The notes under the pieces were generated by a model. That model was not told the DNA's origin and searched no databases. It was given only the letters and a program-made list of their open reading frames with translations. A DNA stretch of 63,658 bases, filler included, from Choristocarpus tenellus KU-1152 (lineage: Eukaryota; Protista; Phaeophyceae): the NCBI GenBank assembly GCA_964200185.2. It is 12 parts of 12 records of this genome, joined end to end, with 100 filler letters (N's around TTAATTAATTAA, not from the genome) between each part and the next. Parts side by side here need not be neighbours in the genome. Positions count along the whole stretch, not along the records: positions 48,602 to 53,166 come from CAXNAD020013990.1; positions 53,267 to 57,071 come from CAXNAD020017823.1; positions 57,172 to 61,018 come from CAXNAD020017593.1; positions 61,119 to 63,658 come from CAXNAD020026932.1; 8 more parts are not named here. One strand, 5' to 3'. Positions 52,223 to 63,658 of the stretch are shown piece after piece (position 1 is the stretch's first letter; every line of letters begins with the position of its first letter). The position numbers were made by a program, and so were the translations under genes.

Positions 52223-53503
52223 TCGGGCAAAGACCTGCCTGCATCGCTCAATCCACTGAGGAATGTCTAGGGAAGGGTTGAAATACTGGTACCACCATAC
52301 TGATTTTTGTAGTGGATTTTCTCATCATCGTTGTTAAAAGTGGTAGCAGTAGCTTCGCCCTCTGTGGCAATCTTGAATTGTTTCACCATGCACATACCAA
52401 AGACATACAACAGTATATATATCGAATGAAAGGGTATGACAAGGGGGTTTGAAGGTATATATCCACGAATGTCCGGGCTTCGGGGAACGGGAACTATGTC
52501 CCGATCAAAGAACAGCAAAAACGCGGGGGAATAGCTCCGGCGCAGTTTTGAGGTTCACGACTTCAAAAGTTAAAAAAATGAAGTGGTTGGCTGAGCTCCT
52601 TGCAGGAAACTGGTCTGGGGTAGGTTGCTGCCCAAGTTTGGCTGGTGTGGAGATACCGAAAAAAAAATTAAGATTTCCGGACAACTTTTTAACGCCTTTT
52701 GCAGACTTTCTGTGAGCACACATACACGTGACTTACACAGCAACATGAACCACGACAGTGAGACAAGGAGAGGCGCTGAGAGAAGATGCATTGAAAGCAT
52801 TACCACACAAACATGGTTGGATCTTCAACCACGTTGGAGAGCTGCTCTGCAGTCTCTGCCTCCTCGGGAAAACAGGAAGAGAGTGGCAAGTCCATCACCA
52901 GGTGATACAGTGACGAAGTCTGTGGGGAAGTCTGGTCACGGTGGGCGAAGGGAACATAGTGGCTGCCCAAAGGGAAGGTTGGGGAAGAGAGGAGTGCCAC
53001 TGCGTGCCATTGCACTCAGGAAGCGTCTAAGCGAAAACCCGGGTGTAGAATGTCTTAGTAGTCCACAGATGCAGCAGGCCCTGGCTGTTTGGAAGCTGCA
53101 CAAGCCGGAGTGACTTAAGGAAACGAGAAAGAAGGTGTTAGGGTTGGGCTACAAGGGCTCTGAAGCNNNNNNNNNNNNNNNNNNNNNNNNNNNNNNNNNN
53201 NNNNNNNNNNTTAATTAATTAANNNNNNNNNNNNNNNNNNNNNNNNNNNNNNNNNNNNNNNNNNNNCCTCCCCCCCCCCCTCTGCCCTTTGATATTTCCT
53301 TTCCGGTGGTGTTTGATTCCACCTGTTTTGTTTTTTTGTTTCTTTAAATATATATATATATATATATTTTTTTTAAACAAACATTTTTTTTTTGTGCGCA
53401 CAAACTGGGATCAGTCGCTGATGATTGTCTCCACCAGTGAACGCCTGAAATTGGCCCGTCAAACATTGACCAATAGGCTCAAGGAGCTGCTGGCGAAGAG
53501 CGC

Positions 53504-53729
53504 ACTGAACCAACTCAAGTTAGACTGAATCAACTCAAGTTAGACTGAGCCGACTCAAGTTAGACTGAACCAACTCAAGTTTGACTGAACCACCTCAAGT
53601 TAGACTGAGCCGACTCAAGTTAGACTGAACCAACTCAAGTTAGACTGAGCCAACTCAAGTTAGACTGAGCCACCTCAAGTTAGACTGAGCCAACTCAAGT
53701 TTGACTGAACCAACTCAAGTTAGACTGAG
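53504..53729. repeat. 20-bp minisatellite (actgaaccaactcaagttag), ~11 copies
   Basis: Contiguous units with single-base variants and no spacers. Confidence 0.97.
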
Positions 53730-53859
53730 GTGGCGAGAAAGCCCCCAGGGGGGTGCAATGGTCCACACCTATCTTGAGGGGTTTGATGATAGATAGGCTG
53801 TGGTCTTTTGTTTCCTTGGGTGGCCTGACAGTTGGTACCACTGAGAGTTGAAATATTTT

Positions 53860-54137
53860 GATTGAAAGTATCTTAGAGGGTACGAGCTTTGCCCTGTTTT
53901 GTCCGTTTGGGACTTGGCTTCCGGTGACGGGCTTCTGATGGCATATTTTATCACTCCAACATGTTTTCATAATAGGTCAAATTTGAACATTATGCATAAG
54001 TGTGTGTCTGGGACGAGGGTATCAACACTTCCTAGCAATCATGATATATAACCAAAATTACATCGAAATTGCAACATTGAATTTTTTGGCACCCAAGTGG
54101 ACGCGCGGCTCTCAACCCTCTAAGGTGCTTTTGACTC
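53860..54137 (+). mobile_element. MITE family B, full-length
   Basis: GATTGAAAGTATCTTAGAGGGTA ... CCCTCTAAGGTGCTTTTGACTC. Confidence 0.85.
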
Positions 54138-54850
54138 TATGGAATGAATGACCTTGACAGATGAAAGCAGTGGGCTGCCTGCTACCAGGTCGATGATGCC
54201 GATGTGTTTCTGCTCAGATAGGAATATTCTTCTTGGATCAACAAGGAGCAACTGACAAAAAGACATTTACAATATTGTATCCATTTTATTTAAAAGCTGT
54301 TGTTGCTGTGTGATGTTTCTGGATGTGAGGCGGTGGGAGGTGTACCTTCTTGGGTTGTCTTATCTGATCCTAACTGTTTAATGATATTGGTGTTCCCATG
54401 GCAGTAGCCCTCCAGAAAAAAGAAAAATAAACTCTTGAGACTGACAAGAATTCTTGTCGTGGTTTACATAAGCATAAGTACATACGTATGTATCTATGTA
54501 CCTCTTTATGTGTGCACTAGATATCTGTCTGCCCACATTATGCTTCGTGCATTGTAAGAGTCCTTGATGTCAAAAGTAGCAGTGTGTCCGTCAATTTTTC
54601 TACTCCTTCCTCATCATCTCTATTTCCCTGAAGCAACAAAATTTGTGGTTCCTTTTTGACACGCAAAGTCTTTCAAATTTAATTTCATTATATTTTTTCT
54701 TTTGTGTTGACCCAAACGCTTAAGTTAGAGTTTTTTTTACCAGAGGTGAGTGAGTCGGAAGGTGCGGCACAGTAGCATGTATATTTTTGTAATAATGACT
54801 GAAAAGATCTCTTCTAAATATTTTACTATTTTTTTGCATCATAATATTTT

Positions 54851-55104
54851 GAGTGAAAGTATCTTAAGAGGTTGTGAGTTTTGCCTTGTTTATATTGGCT
54901 TCCCACAGGTTTTTTTAATGGCATTTTCCTACTCCCTAAACTTTTTGGAATAGGAAAAAAATAAATACGTTATGAAAAGGTGGTGTGTCCGGAACAAGGA
55001 TATCGACACTTCCTAGCAAACACGATACCCAAAATTACATCAAAATCCCAACATCGGATTGTGGTCCCCAAACGGACGCGGCTCTACCCTGTAAGATACT
55101 TCGA
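54851..55104 (+). mobile_element. MITE family B
   Basis: GAGTGAAAGTATCTTAAGAGG ... TACCCTGTAAGATACTTCG. Confidence 0.85.
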
Positions 55105-55269
55105 GAACTCCTTGGATGGTTAGTAGCACTTACAATACAATGCCAGTGCTGGGATTTGTGTCCATCTCGTAACACACACCGTAACATGCCTCTAACATTC
55201 ATTCGTCTACCCAAAATGCAGTGAAGTAGTAGCTTGGGTTTCAAGAATGTATGGACACTTTACTTTAAT

Positions 55270-56155
55270 GCTCTTATCATATATTCTTCTTTGCTTGCAG
55301 GAGCCTACCCACCTCCAAAGTCTCCTCTACATTCATTTCAAAAGTTTAGTCCATTTCCTGCCATAAAGAACAAGGTAGGAGTGTGTCCTTACCACGAGTT
55401 GTTCAGGGGAGAATTTGTGATGGTACACCCCTCTACACTATCCAAACTCTATCAACATACATTTAGAACAAGGTACATACATGTATGTGTCAAAAAGGGG
55501 TGTACCAAAAAATATGTCCAAGCGTATGTTGACGTTTAAAAGTAATCATTATCACACGAATAGAATAATCATCGCACAAATAAAATCAACACATAATCAA
55601 CAAAAACAAAAACTTAAGAGCGTTATGTTTATGTGTACACGTGCATCAGTCAAGCAAAAGTCACTGCTATTTCATTTTTGTCGTGAGCTATTTCGAACTC
55701 GGAACTGATCCACACCACACCTCTGACCCTACATTAAGAAAAAAAAGAATGAAAAAAAAAAGAAAATTACGTGACTTGATCGGATCAATCAATCAAAATC
55801 TAACACCACACCTCTCTCTCTCTCTCACCCCCATTCTTCTCGGAGTTGTATCGATGAACGAGGCCATTCATCAACACCCAAGAGACACCACGACAGACAC
55901 CCCACCCCGCCCGCGAGAGCCTGCTCTGGATTACATTTGTAACACAAAAGTGGAACTAGGTAGATCCAGTATTTCAAGGCAACGAACGACTCTCCTTCCA
56001 CACTTGGAAAGGCCTTTCGGGCACTGGAGCTGGAAGTGAGATCAGGAAGCACTGCACGGGTGATTAATAAATAAAGACTGGCTCTATTGAAAAAAAACAG
56101 CATTCCACCTGTAGGGTAAAACCCTGATAATGGGGTACAAACGTAGCTTTTTGTC
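55270..56155 (+). mobile_element. Degenerate Penelope-like element 3' part (RT thumb, GIY-YIG, hammerhead-like remnant)
   Basis: YIHFKS..H / KNKVGV...LFRG / RIC, CIDERGH (YIGETGR), PALDY (SALA.H), RALELEV....INK (LEA.EI...N), then ctgataa..caaac. Confidence 0.5.
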
Positions 56156-57171
56156 TTCTCGCATTCTAGTCCTCACTCTTTCTACATTCTGCTAGAAAAA
56201 ATTAAAGACGGGGGCGGGGCAAGGGTAAAAGCTATTGTCAACTTTGCAGACACGAATGAGCCCAACCAACCACACAAGCAAAAAAATGCTTTGGTCATAA
56301 TTTCAGCTACCCACATTTAGGAGAGAGAAGAGGGGGGGGGGGGGGGGGGGGGGGGAGAAGGACACCGCCGAGTCATTTTTTGGGCGGGTCAAGCGGGGCG
56401 TGTCCCCTGGGAAAAAAAAAAAAACGAANNNNNNNNNNCAGCAGCACGACAGAGCCGGGAAGAAGAAAAAGGGGAGGAAGGAGGGGGGGGGGGGGGGGGG
56501 GGGGGGGGGCAGCTTGGGTAACACGCGCGTGAATTTTTGTGCGTGTAAACGCACGTGCACCTTCTGGGAGAAATATAAAAACAGCTGAACATGAAAATAC
56601 AAACACAAAAGACTACAAAAACCTGGCACCACCTGGTGGCGTTATTCGTGATCAAACAGCCAAAAAAACGTTGAGGGCTTGCACCGAAGTAAAAGTAAAA
56701 TTCCCAACAACCAGAACAAAACAACAAAGCTTCCGAGTTTCACACCACCTTGTTGGAATAAGTGGACACGTCTGCGCACGTATTGGTGCGCAAACCAAGG
56801 CGCAGTGCTTCACGCGTTCCCCTGTGTACTATCAACACAGTAGCAGTACACAGGGGAAAAAAAAAAAGTGTGTTACCTGCGAAAAGGTTTTGTGTGTAGG
56901 GACCACCCGGAAGTGAAAAGGACGCGTCAACAATTATTGCACCCTAGTCGGCTCCTTACACATCCATCCCCAAACATCAACTTCCACCGCCCCCTTCCCC
57001 TCCCCTCCCCCCCCCCCCCCCCCCCCCCCCACCCACCCCTCTCCACACCCTCTCCCCTCCCCCCTCTTCCCNNNNNNNNNNNNNNNNNNNNNNNNNNNNN
57101 NNNNNNNNNNNNNNNTTAATTAATTAANNNNNNNNNNNNNNNNNNNNNNNNNNNNNNNNNNNNNNNNNNNN

Positions 57172-57353
57172 GGTGTGGGGGGGGGGGGGTGGCTGTCCAT
57201 TTGGGGTCAATTTTTTTCATGTCACGATTTTTGGGTGATTTGGTTGCATACATCGGATGGATAATGTAAGTGCACATTTCCTTGTTATGACCCAAATGGG
57301 CACCCTGGTGTAGACTCCCCCCCCTCCCCCCCCCCACACACATACTTTGGGTC
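57172..57353 (+). mobile_element. MITE family A (left end cut by contig start)
   Basis: gggggtggctgtccatttggggtc ... cccc..catactttgggtc. Confidence 0.85.
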
Positions 57354-57989
57354 TATGGTTACGACCTTGGCCAAGTCAGGTCACCTAAATGAACCTCAGG
57401 AAGTGAAAACGGCGATGGTCGTTGGTGTATTGTTTCTTTCGATCACTGACAGTTATCACTGACAGTTATCCGCTGCCTTGGCTCCTCTCCGTAAGTTGTC
57501 CTACTCTTCCGAATCCCACTGAACTCTTGCAAACAAAAGACAGATTCGATCCTTCTTCGCTCTGCAGTCCTGAGCATGAACGTCTCTCAGAGGAGTTGTT
57601 ATAGATATGTTGAAAAGAACTTGTGCCCTGCTGGCGGATCGGTGTAAAACGATTTTGAGTGAGTTTTTTGCATTCCTGAGTAAGGGTTCATCGCTTTCAA
57701 CAATGGGAGTGGTGGCATTAGAGACTTTGCCTGAGGGGGGTTCCAGAGTAACCCCCATGTCGCCTGATGGGTTCCTGGAATTCCCTAGTTTTTTCCCCAT
57801 GGTATGTATGTTCATGGTTGTTTTTTCGCTTTTTGATAGTTAGTTGCCCCTCTGATGTGTGCTTGGAAAATCCTCAACTTCTATTTGTCATCTCTGTTGA
57901 GTTGGCAGTGTAGTCTCCAAACATACATCCCACTGTCAGAGGGTCGTTTCATTCGCTGTATCAAACAATTTTCTTTGCAAGAGATGTCC

Positions 57990-58750
57990 TGAACTGCTTG
58001 CTTCTCAAGCACCCCCCACCAACCAGATATTGGGAGGGATCGGCGGATCAGTAGGACGTTTTAAGGTATACCGCCAATATATGTATATACAGCTTACGGT
58101 ACGTGTTCGATACTCACACCATCATCTGGTTCTTTCGTAGTCAAGTCGTAACATTCTGATGATGCTGACAATTTGGTATTTGGTGCACTGATGCCAATAA
58201 AGATTGTACTGTGCCTCACATCTTCAGGCTAACAATCCCTCTTACTATGGAAAACCAATTGTAAATGTAATACTTCAAAAGGTAGTCAGGATCAATGAAG
58301 TCAAGCCAAGTTCATCAGCAATATTAATATTCTCCTTTTTACAAATTTCGTGTGGATTTTTTGGCACGTTTATTCGGATACAGTAGAAAATGTGGTCAAA
58401 TATATCATGCGGAACTTGCATGTCTACCCACATTTCGTGTGTCAATAATTGTTAGTTTGTAGGTTTGGCAGTTGTGATAAGAGTAATTTCGTTATACCTT
58501 GCATCTTTGTGGACTAAACGTCTCTATCACTTCACTCTCCACTCCATTTGCCAACAAAATCAAGTATATATATGTATACATCTATACATCTTTCTAAAGC
58601 TGATCTCATGTGTGCATGCACCTGTGTGTGGTCTGTTGTTTGTTTACTGTCTCCTGGTTCGATACCATACGATCTTTCAACAAAAGGTATGAGATCCAGG
58701 ACTTGCATGTGCAGGAAACGATGCCACAACTCATCGGATTGAGTGAGAGC
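57990..58750 (-). pseudogene. Degenerate LINE reverse transcriptase remnant
   Basis: In order: FVERSYG (FVD..KAYD), IADE (YADD), GISAPNTK (IN..KTK), IEHV..YTYIG (E.V..F.YLG). Confidence 0.4.
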
Positions 58751-59552
58751 TACATCATGATTTATGAGAGGAAAAATGCATAGCAATAGCAGGAGAGAGA
58801 GAGCTGGTTTGTATTGGGAGGTGTATAACTCTCTCGTTTGACCCCTTTCCCCTGGCCCCAGCCCTTCTTCCTAGGCCTGCATTAACATCTTTGTCGAGTA
58901 TATAGATGCTGAAGAGTTATGCCATGGCTGTACCTCTTAACACAAGAGTGAGAGATATGGGCACAAAGATCAACGAGACAACTGGGGGGCACAAGAGATG
59001 AAGTCATTTTGCGTGGACGCAAATCATTTGCCTAGAAGCATTGAGTTCTGTAGCTGCGGTAGATGCTGGGTCATGAACACCTGCAATAAGCCTCCTGGCA
59101 CTATTTTATGCACATGTTCTTACTGTTGTTAAGAGTCATTTTGGTTTCAGTTACACTTGATGACAGTGGAAAAGAGGACATTGATGGGAAGAGATACCTT
59201 ATCATCTGTTCAACAAGAATTCCCCCCGCCTCTCTCTCCTTCCTCCTTAAGAAGTGACTTTTATGGATGTGGGGCATCCGCAGTAGTGCTTTTCAAATTG
59301 ATTTGTTAGTTTAGTTAAGGTCAACATGCTTCTCCTCGCCCTTAATGTACAGCAACAATGACTTGGCATTAATGTAGTGGCCAATGGCCAGCAGACAGAG
59401 GGGAGTACTACAAATCGCACACACATCAACACATCGTTTTTACAGCAATCACAAGAACCCTCAGAATATGTCAACGAGAGCAACAAGGGAGGGGAGGGGG
59501 ACACTCAGGTTGTGGTGCAATCTTAAGGCCTTGTATTGCCTTAGCATCACCA

Positions 59553-59798
59553 ACTGAATCCCCGAGTTACACAGGAGTTTCTACATCTACTGATAAGACT
59601 ACTACTCTTACTTCAAAGTTTCAGCACTATCCATAAAAAGGTTCACCTCTATGTTGTCACTAAGTGCCAGTAAGCATCAGTAACTCAATCCCTGAGTTGC
59701 ACAGGAGTTTCTACATCTACCGATAAGACAACTTTTACTTCAAAGTTTCAGCACTATCCATAAAAAGGTATACCTCTATGTTGTCACTCAGTGCCAGG
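59553..59798. repeat. ~130-bp tandem duplication
   Basis: aatccc.gagtt.cacaggagtttctacatctac...cctctatgttgtcact.agtgccag occurs twice. Confidence 0.92.
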
Positions 59799-61118
59799 TG
59801 GAAGAAAGGAAACCCCTTGGTTTTTATTTGACAGTGATAAGACTACTATGAAACACCATAGCAGTTTATCAATAAGGAAAGGAGGTTCTATCCATCTTTC
59901 CTTACACCAAACAAGTGCTTTAAGGTGGTGTCAAGACGGTATGATTCATAGTACCATCGACAGCAATGTGTATCTTTCCACATCCCCAGCGGTATCCATT
60001 CTACAGTCATACCAATCCCCCCACCAACAAATGTGCTTTTTCTAAGGTATAAAAAAAAAATGTCCAACTATTGGACACCAATTTGAAAAAAAACATCAAG
60101 CAACTGGGTACTGGCCACAGGAAGATCTCAATTGTAGAAATATTCAAGTTAGACGATGCCTCCAGCGCACGGGTCATCCTCTTGGAAAATGGGACCATAT
60201 AACAGGTTACACAGTTGCGAGGAGAGTCCCCCCCCCAGCACAGGCTCTTTTTGGAGGGGGGGTTCGCTAATGAAAAACTCAACTAGAAAAAACTGTGAGC
60301 AATATGCTCAAATAGGATAAGGCCTCCTTTGTGGTGCAAAGGTCATACCAACCCTCTAGCTACAAAAATTGCAATTGATAGTATTGCTCGTCGTAAGTGC
60401 CACCACCTGGGAGAGCAGTCACAGGCCTGCACTGCTCAAGAGATGACGCACAAGCTCTTGACCCCAGAAGTAGAATGCCCCTCCAACACTAGGGGCAAAC
60501 AATAAATACGGCAATGAGGATTAGGGCAAGAGGGAATTTGGAGGATGAGGAGTGAGTGAGTGGGAGAGGCAGAATTGATATCATACTCTCTTCCTTGCTA
60601 CAGTCGGTGCCAAGCCTATGTCCATTTCTCAAAAAGTAGGAAAGGAAAAAGATTACGGTGTTTTCTCACCCCCACAGCAAAACAAGAACAATAGAAGGGA
60701 ATATATATATATATATATATAGATAGATATATCCGTTCTGAAGGATCTCAACAGGAAACCGTGGACCGCTTCAGTTCTTCGTCGGACTAAAATGGAACAT
60801 GTCACTGCTGCTGTACCTAAGAACAGACCTTGGCACAAAAATAAAAATAAGGAAATGAGTGAAACGCCCGGTCCTCTAATGCAACGATAGTTTCCACCCC
60901 CCAAAAAGGAGAAAATAAAACAAAATAAAGTACCTTACCTGGTAGGGAAACACGCAGGCGAGCGAGCAGGCTCACGTTACTCATCCACATCCCTGCAGAC
61001 CAAGTCACAATTTGCCCCNNNNNNNNNNNNNNNNNNNNNNNNNNNNNNNNNNNNNNNNNNNNTTAATTAATTAANNNNNNNNNNNNNNNNNNNNNNNNNN
61101 NNNNNNNNNNNNNNNNNN

Positions 61119-61202
61119 TAATGTGAGTGCCCTTTCCTGATTTTGACGAAATGGACACCCTGCTGTAGCCCCCCCCCCCCCCCTCCAAGATACTTTGGGT
61201 CT
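61119..61202 (+). mobile_element. MITE family A right end, inserted in repeat family C
   Basis: aatggacaccctg..cccc..aagatactttgggtc directly abuts family C sequence. Confidence 0.8.
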
Positions 61203-61377
61203 ATATGAGATTATTGTGTTGAATTGAGTCCATGTGATGTAACTAATGAGGTAGTACATCCAGATTATATATGGGATTATGTATTGGTTCTGCATTCAAC
61301 TACTTTGACATAACCGTTGACTTAGGTAGGAAGCACAAATAATAATAAAACAGGCATTGAGAAGACATCCCACAAAG

Positions 61378-61497
61378 AACAGCCGATTTGAAAATTTTCA
61401 TTAAAAAAAAAACATATCGACACTTTATCCCAGTCAATTTTGGGTCAAGCCCATCCTCAATGAAAAGCTCCATCCTCAATTTTTCAAATCGACTGTT
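61378..61497. mobile_element. 120-bp TIR element nested in repeat C, TSD AAAG
   Basis: aaag|AACAGCCGATTTGAAAATT ... AATTTTTCAAATCGACTGTT|aaag. Absent from the other two C copies. Confidence 0.9.
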
Positions 61498-63352
61498 AAA
61501 GGTCACTCTTCTAGTTTCTATCATCCATTCTTTTTCACGTTCAGCAAAAGGGTTCGTGTGAGGCTTCACACCCTCTTATCCTCACTACTGAGAAATAGCT
61601 TTATCTCCTAAGGTAATTTGCACAGTTTTATATATACCTGCACTCCTCAGTTATGGACTTGAAGCAGTCTTGACTACAGGCATGATGCAAGCATACTTGA
61701 TGTGCCTTTAGTCATATATCGACTTCATCCTGGGAGGCAGATGATGGAGGTAAGCCTTTGCCCGAATCGTCCCGACTTCTATTGCTCGCCTTGTCTGAGG
61801 GTAGAGCAAGTGGGGATCAAAGCACAGGCTCGGGAACGGATGTGACTGGTTGAACGGGTTTTGATGCCTTGCTTTTTGGAACGAACGAGGTACTGTGTTT
61901 ACTGGGAACGGAAGAAGGTTCGGTATTTAAGGCTGCACTGACAGCGGGCGAGGAGTTCTGGGTTAAAACAGGTTGAAGCATCGGTGCAAGGGCTGCCAGT
62001 GCACGGTTGACAACCTCTCTGTATAAAAGAGAAGTTTGGCTTGATACCTATTCATGATGGAAGTCCTGTTGTGGCGATTAGTCCCTGTTTCTGTCTGACG
62101 ATCAGGGTTTCGGCTGAGGGAGCGGAAGGGTGTGACATGCTAGCAAACAAGCGTATCTACCATTTACCCAAATCAATGTTAAGTCTCCTCCTTGTACAAT
62201 GCAGGTTTTGCAGTGTTTTGATTGGCTGGGATAAATCAGTCGCTTCGATTGGATCACTCTTTTATTTATATCCGGTATGGCCTAATTCGACGGTTTACTA
62301 TCTCCTTCCTCAAAGGATTACTCTGCGAAAATCTTAGTGGGTGAATTTGGCTTCTAATCTGTAAAGAAAAAATATAATATCTAATATAAAAGAGAACAGA
62401 GGACAATTTGATATGGGTATGAGAGTGGGGCTCGTTCGTACAAATCAATGAGTTGATCTTCACCTATATATCCCCCCCCAAACGAGCTTTACATATATGA
62501 GGCATCCGCAAGTCTACCGTATATGCTCGATAGTGGAAAACTAGGCTATGGCCGCAGCCTTCCGCATCACACCTTTCTCTGTCTTTTTAAAAAGAAAGAA
62601 TAAATGGCAACCTTTACCACGATTTTCGGCAGGCCATCCAAAAAGGGTGTATTCTCTCACCGAAATATGAACCACTCATCTGCCGTAACATCGTCTCAAC
62701 GGACCCATAAGAGCTGTCCTTTCGTGCGTGTGACATCGATTGCAGACGAAGCACCTGAAAGGACCGCTGTGTGTCCTAAGAAAGTCAGACAAGAGTTTTC
62801 GACGAGCTCGATGTGGAAAGGGGTGAAGTTATTCATGCGTGGATGTGATGCATAAACATGTTGATCCGTCACGACTGCTGCAAACGTTCTCGCAAAGTCT
62901 GGTCTTGGGCAGGAACATCTCTGAATTACTGATCCCCAGCGGAACCTGTGTGAAGTAAAAGAACACCGTGGCACACGAAAAACAGATTGAGAATGTGAGT
63001 GTTCGAATGGCGAGGAAGAATTACCTAGGCAACATCTATGCCTTGGCAGTCAGAAACCACTCATTTACGACTATAGGTGGGTGATGTGGCGGTCAAAGAC
63101 CAGTCGTTGTACAACTATGGAAGGATGATAGTTCCCTTGGAGCCACAGATGCCATCACACCCACGGAGACGACGAGGCCATGCAAAAGGAAGTCCTGCAG
63201 ACGACGAAGGTGATCCAGAACCATCCAAGGAGACCACCGGACCAGGTGAAAAAATAAAATCCAGTCTATCGCAGGGAGCTACCAAGAATCCTAAGTATTG
63301 AGGTGAATACTGAGTAGTCTCTCCAGTTTTAAGAGAAGCGGTAGGACCTCCA

Positions 63353-63421
63353 TGTGACAGGCGCCCCCGAAAGCTTACCTCCACAGGAAGTGTAGCTCCA
63401 ATCTGCAGACCTATAGATGAT
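63353..63421 (+). mobile_element. LTR 5' end, interrupted by MITE B
   Basis: TGTGACAGGCGCCCCCGAAAGCTTACCTCCACAGGA. Confidence 0.75.
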
Positions 63422-63658
63422 GAGTGAAAATATCTTAGAGGGTACGAGTTTTGCCCTGTTTGTCCATTTGGAGTTTGGTTTTTCTCGAGGTTTTTATGAC
63501 ATTTTCCAACTCCAAAATATCTCGGAGTAGGTAAATGTATATGTTATGAAAAGGTGTCTTCGGAACAAGGATACTGACACTTCCTAACAAACACGATAGC
63601 GAAATTTACATTGAATCGTAACATTGGATTTTGGTCCCCAAATGGACGCGGCTCTACC
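63422..63658 (+). mobile_element. MITE family B (right end cut by window)
   Basis: GAGTGAAAATATCTTAGAGGGTACG ... aatggacgcggctctacc. Confidence 0.88.

Noticed and set aside
52625-53113. 162-aa ORF as a gene
   Set aside because: No recognisable motif and no partner exon. It could be a terminal exon but is unsupported.
53504-53729. CRISPR array
   Set aside because: Units are contiguous with no unique spacers, there are no cas genes, and the context is eukaryotic.
56303-57119. Pro/Gly-rich ORFs here and at 2989-3432, 6169-6471 and 6995-7408
   Set aside because: They are translations of poly-C/G tracts and N gaps, which are low-quality sequence.

Overview
This is not a prokaryotic locus. The window is 12 short eukaryotic contigs joined by 11 artificial 100-nt linkers (N44-TTAATTAATTAA-N44), so adjacency across a linker carries no meaning. 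The DNA is repeat-rich and intron-rich. The glutaminyl-tRNA synthetase wording and the TTAGGG repeats suggest an ochrophyte or brown-alga-like stramenopile (inference). I could splice these genes by eye: six 3' exons of an Mx-like dynamin GTPase whose frame runs on past the GED (30574-36398 contig, minus); the first three exons of glutaminyl-tRNA synthetase (41763-42932); two exons forming a PH domain (7427-10441); an unidentified short-intron gene (17511-20446, minus) with an inverted partial copy; a decayed short-intron gene (about 24000-29100); and an unidentified gene (48602-50225). The rest is largely transposon debris: two MITE families with shared Sola2-like ends, a nested 120-bp TIR element, a solo-LTR family, and degenerate Penelope-like, L1-like, CRE-like, copia, gypsy and tyrosine-recombinase retroelement remnants, plus minisatellites and scattered TTAGGG. 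I found no rRNA, tRNA or CRISPR array. I cannot demonstrate a new biological system. The best leads are the extended Mx protein, the unidentified short-intron genes and the paired MITE families. Degenerate-element calls rest on motif resemblance in manual translations and need HMM confirmation.
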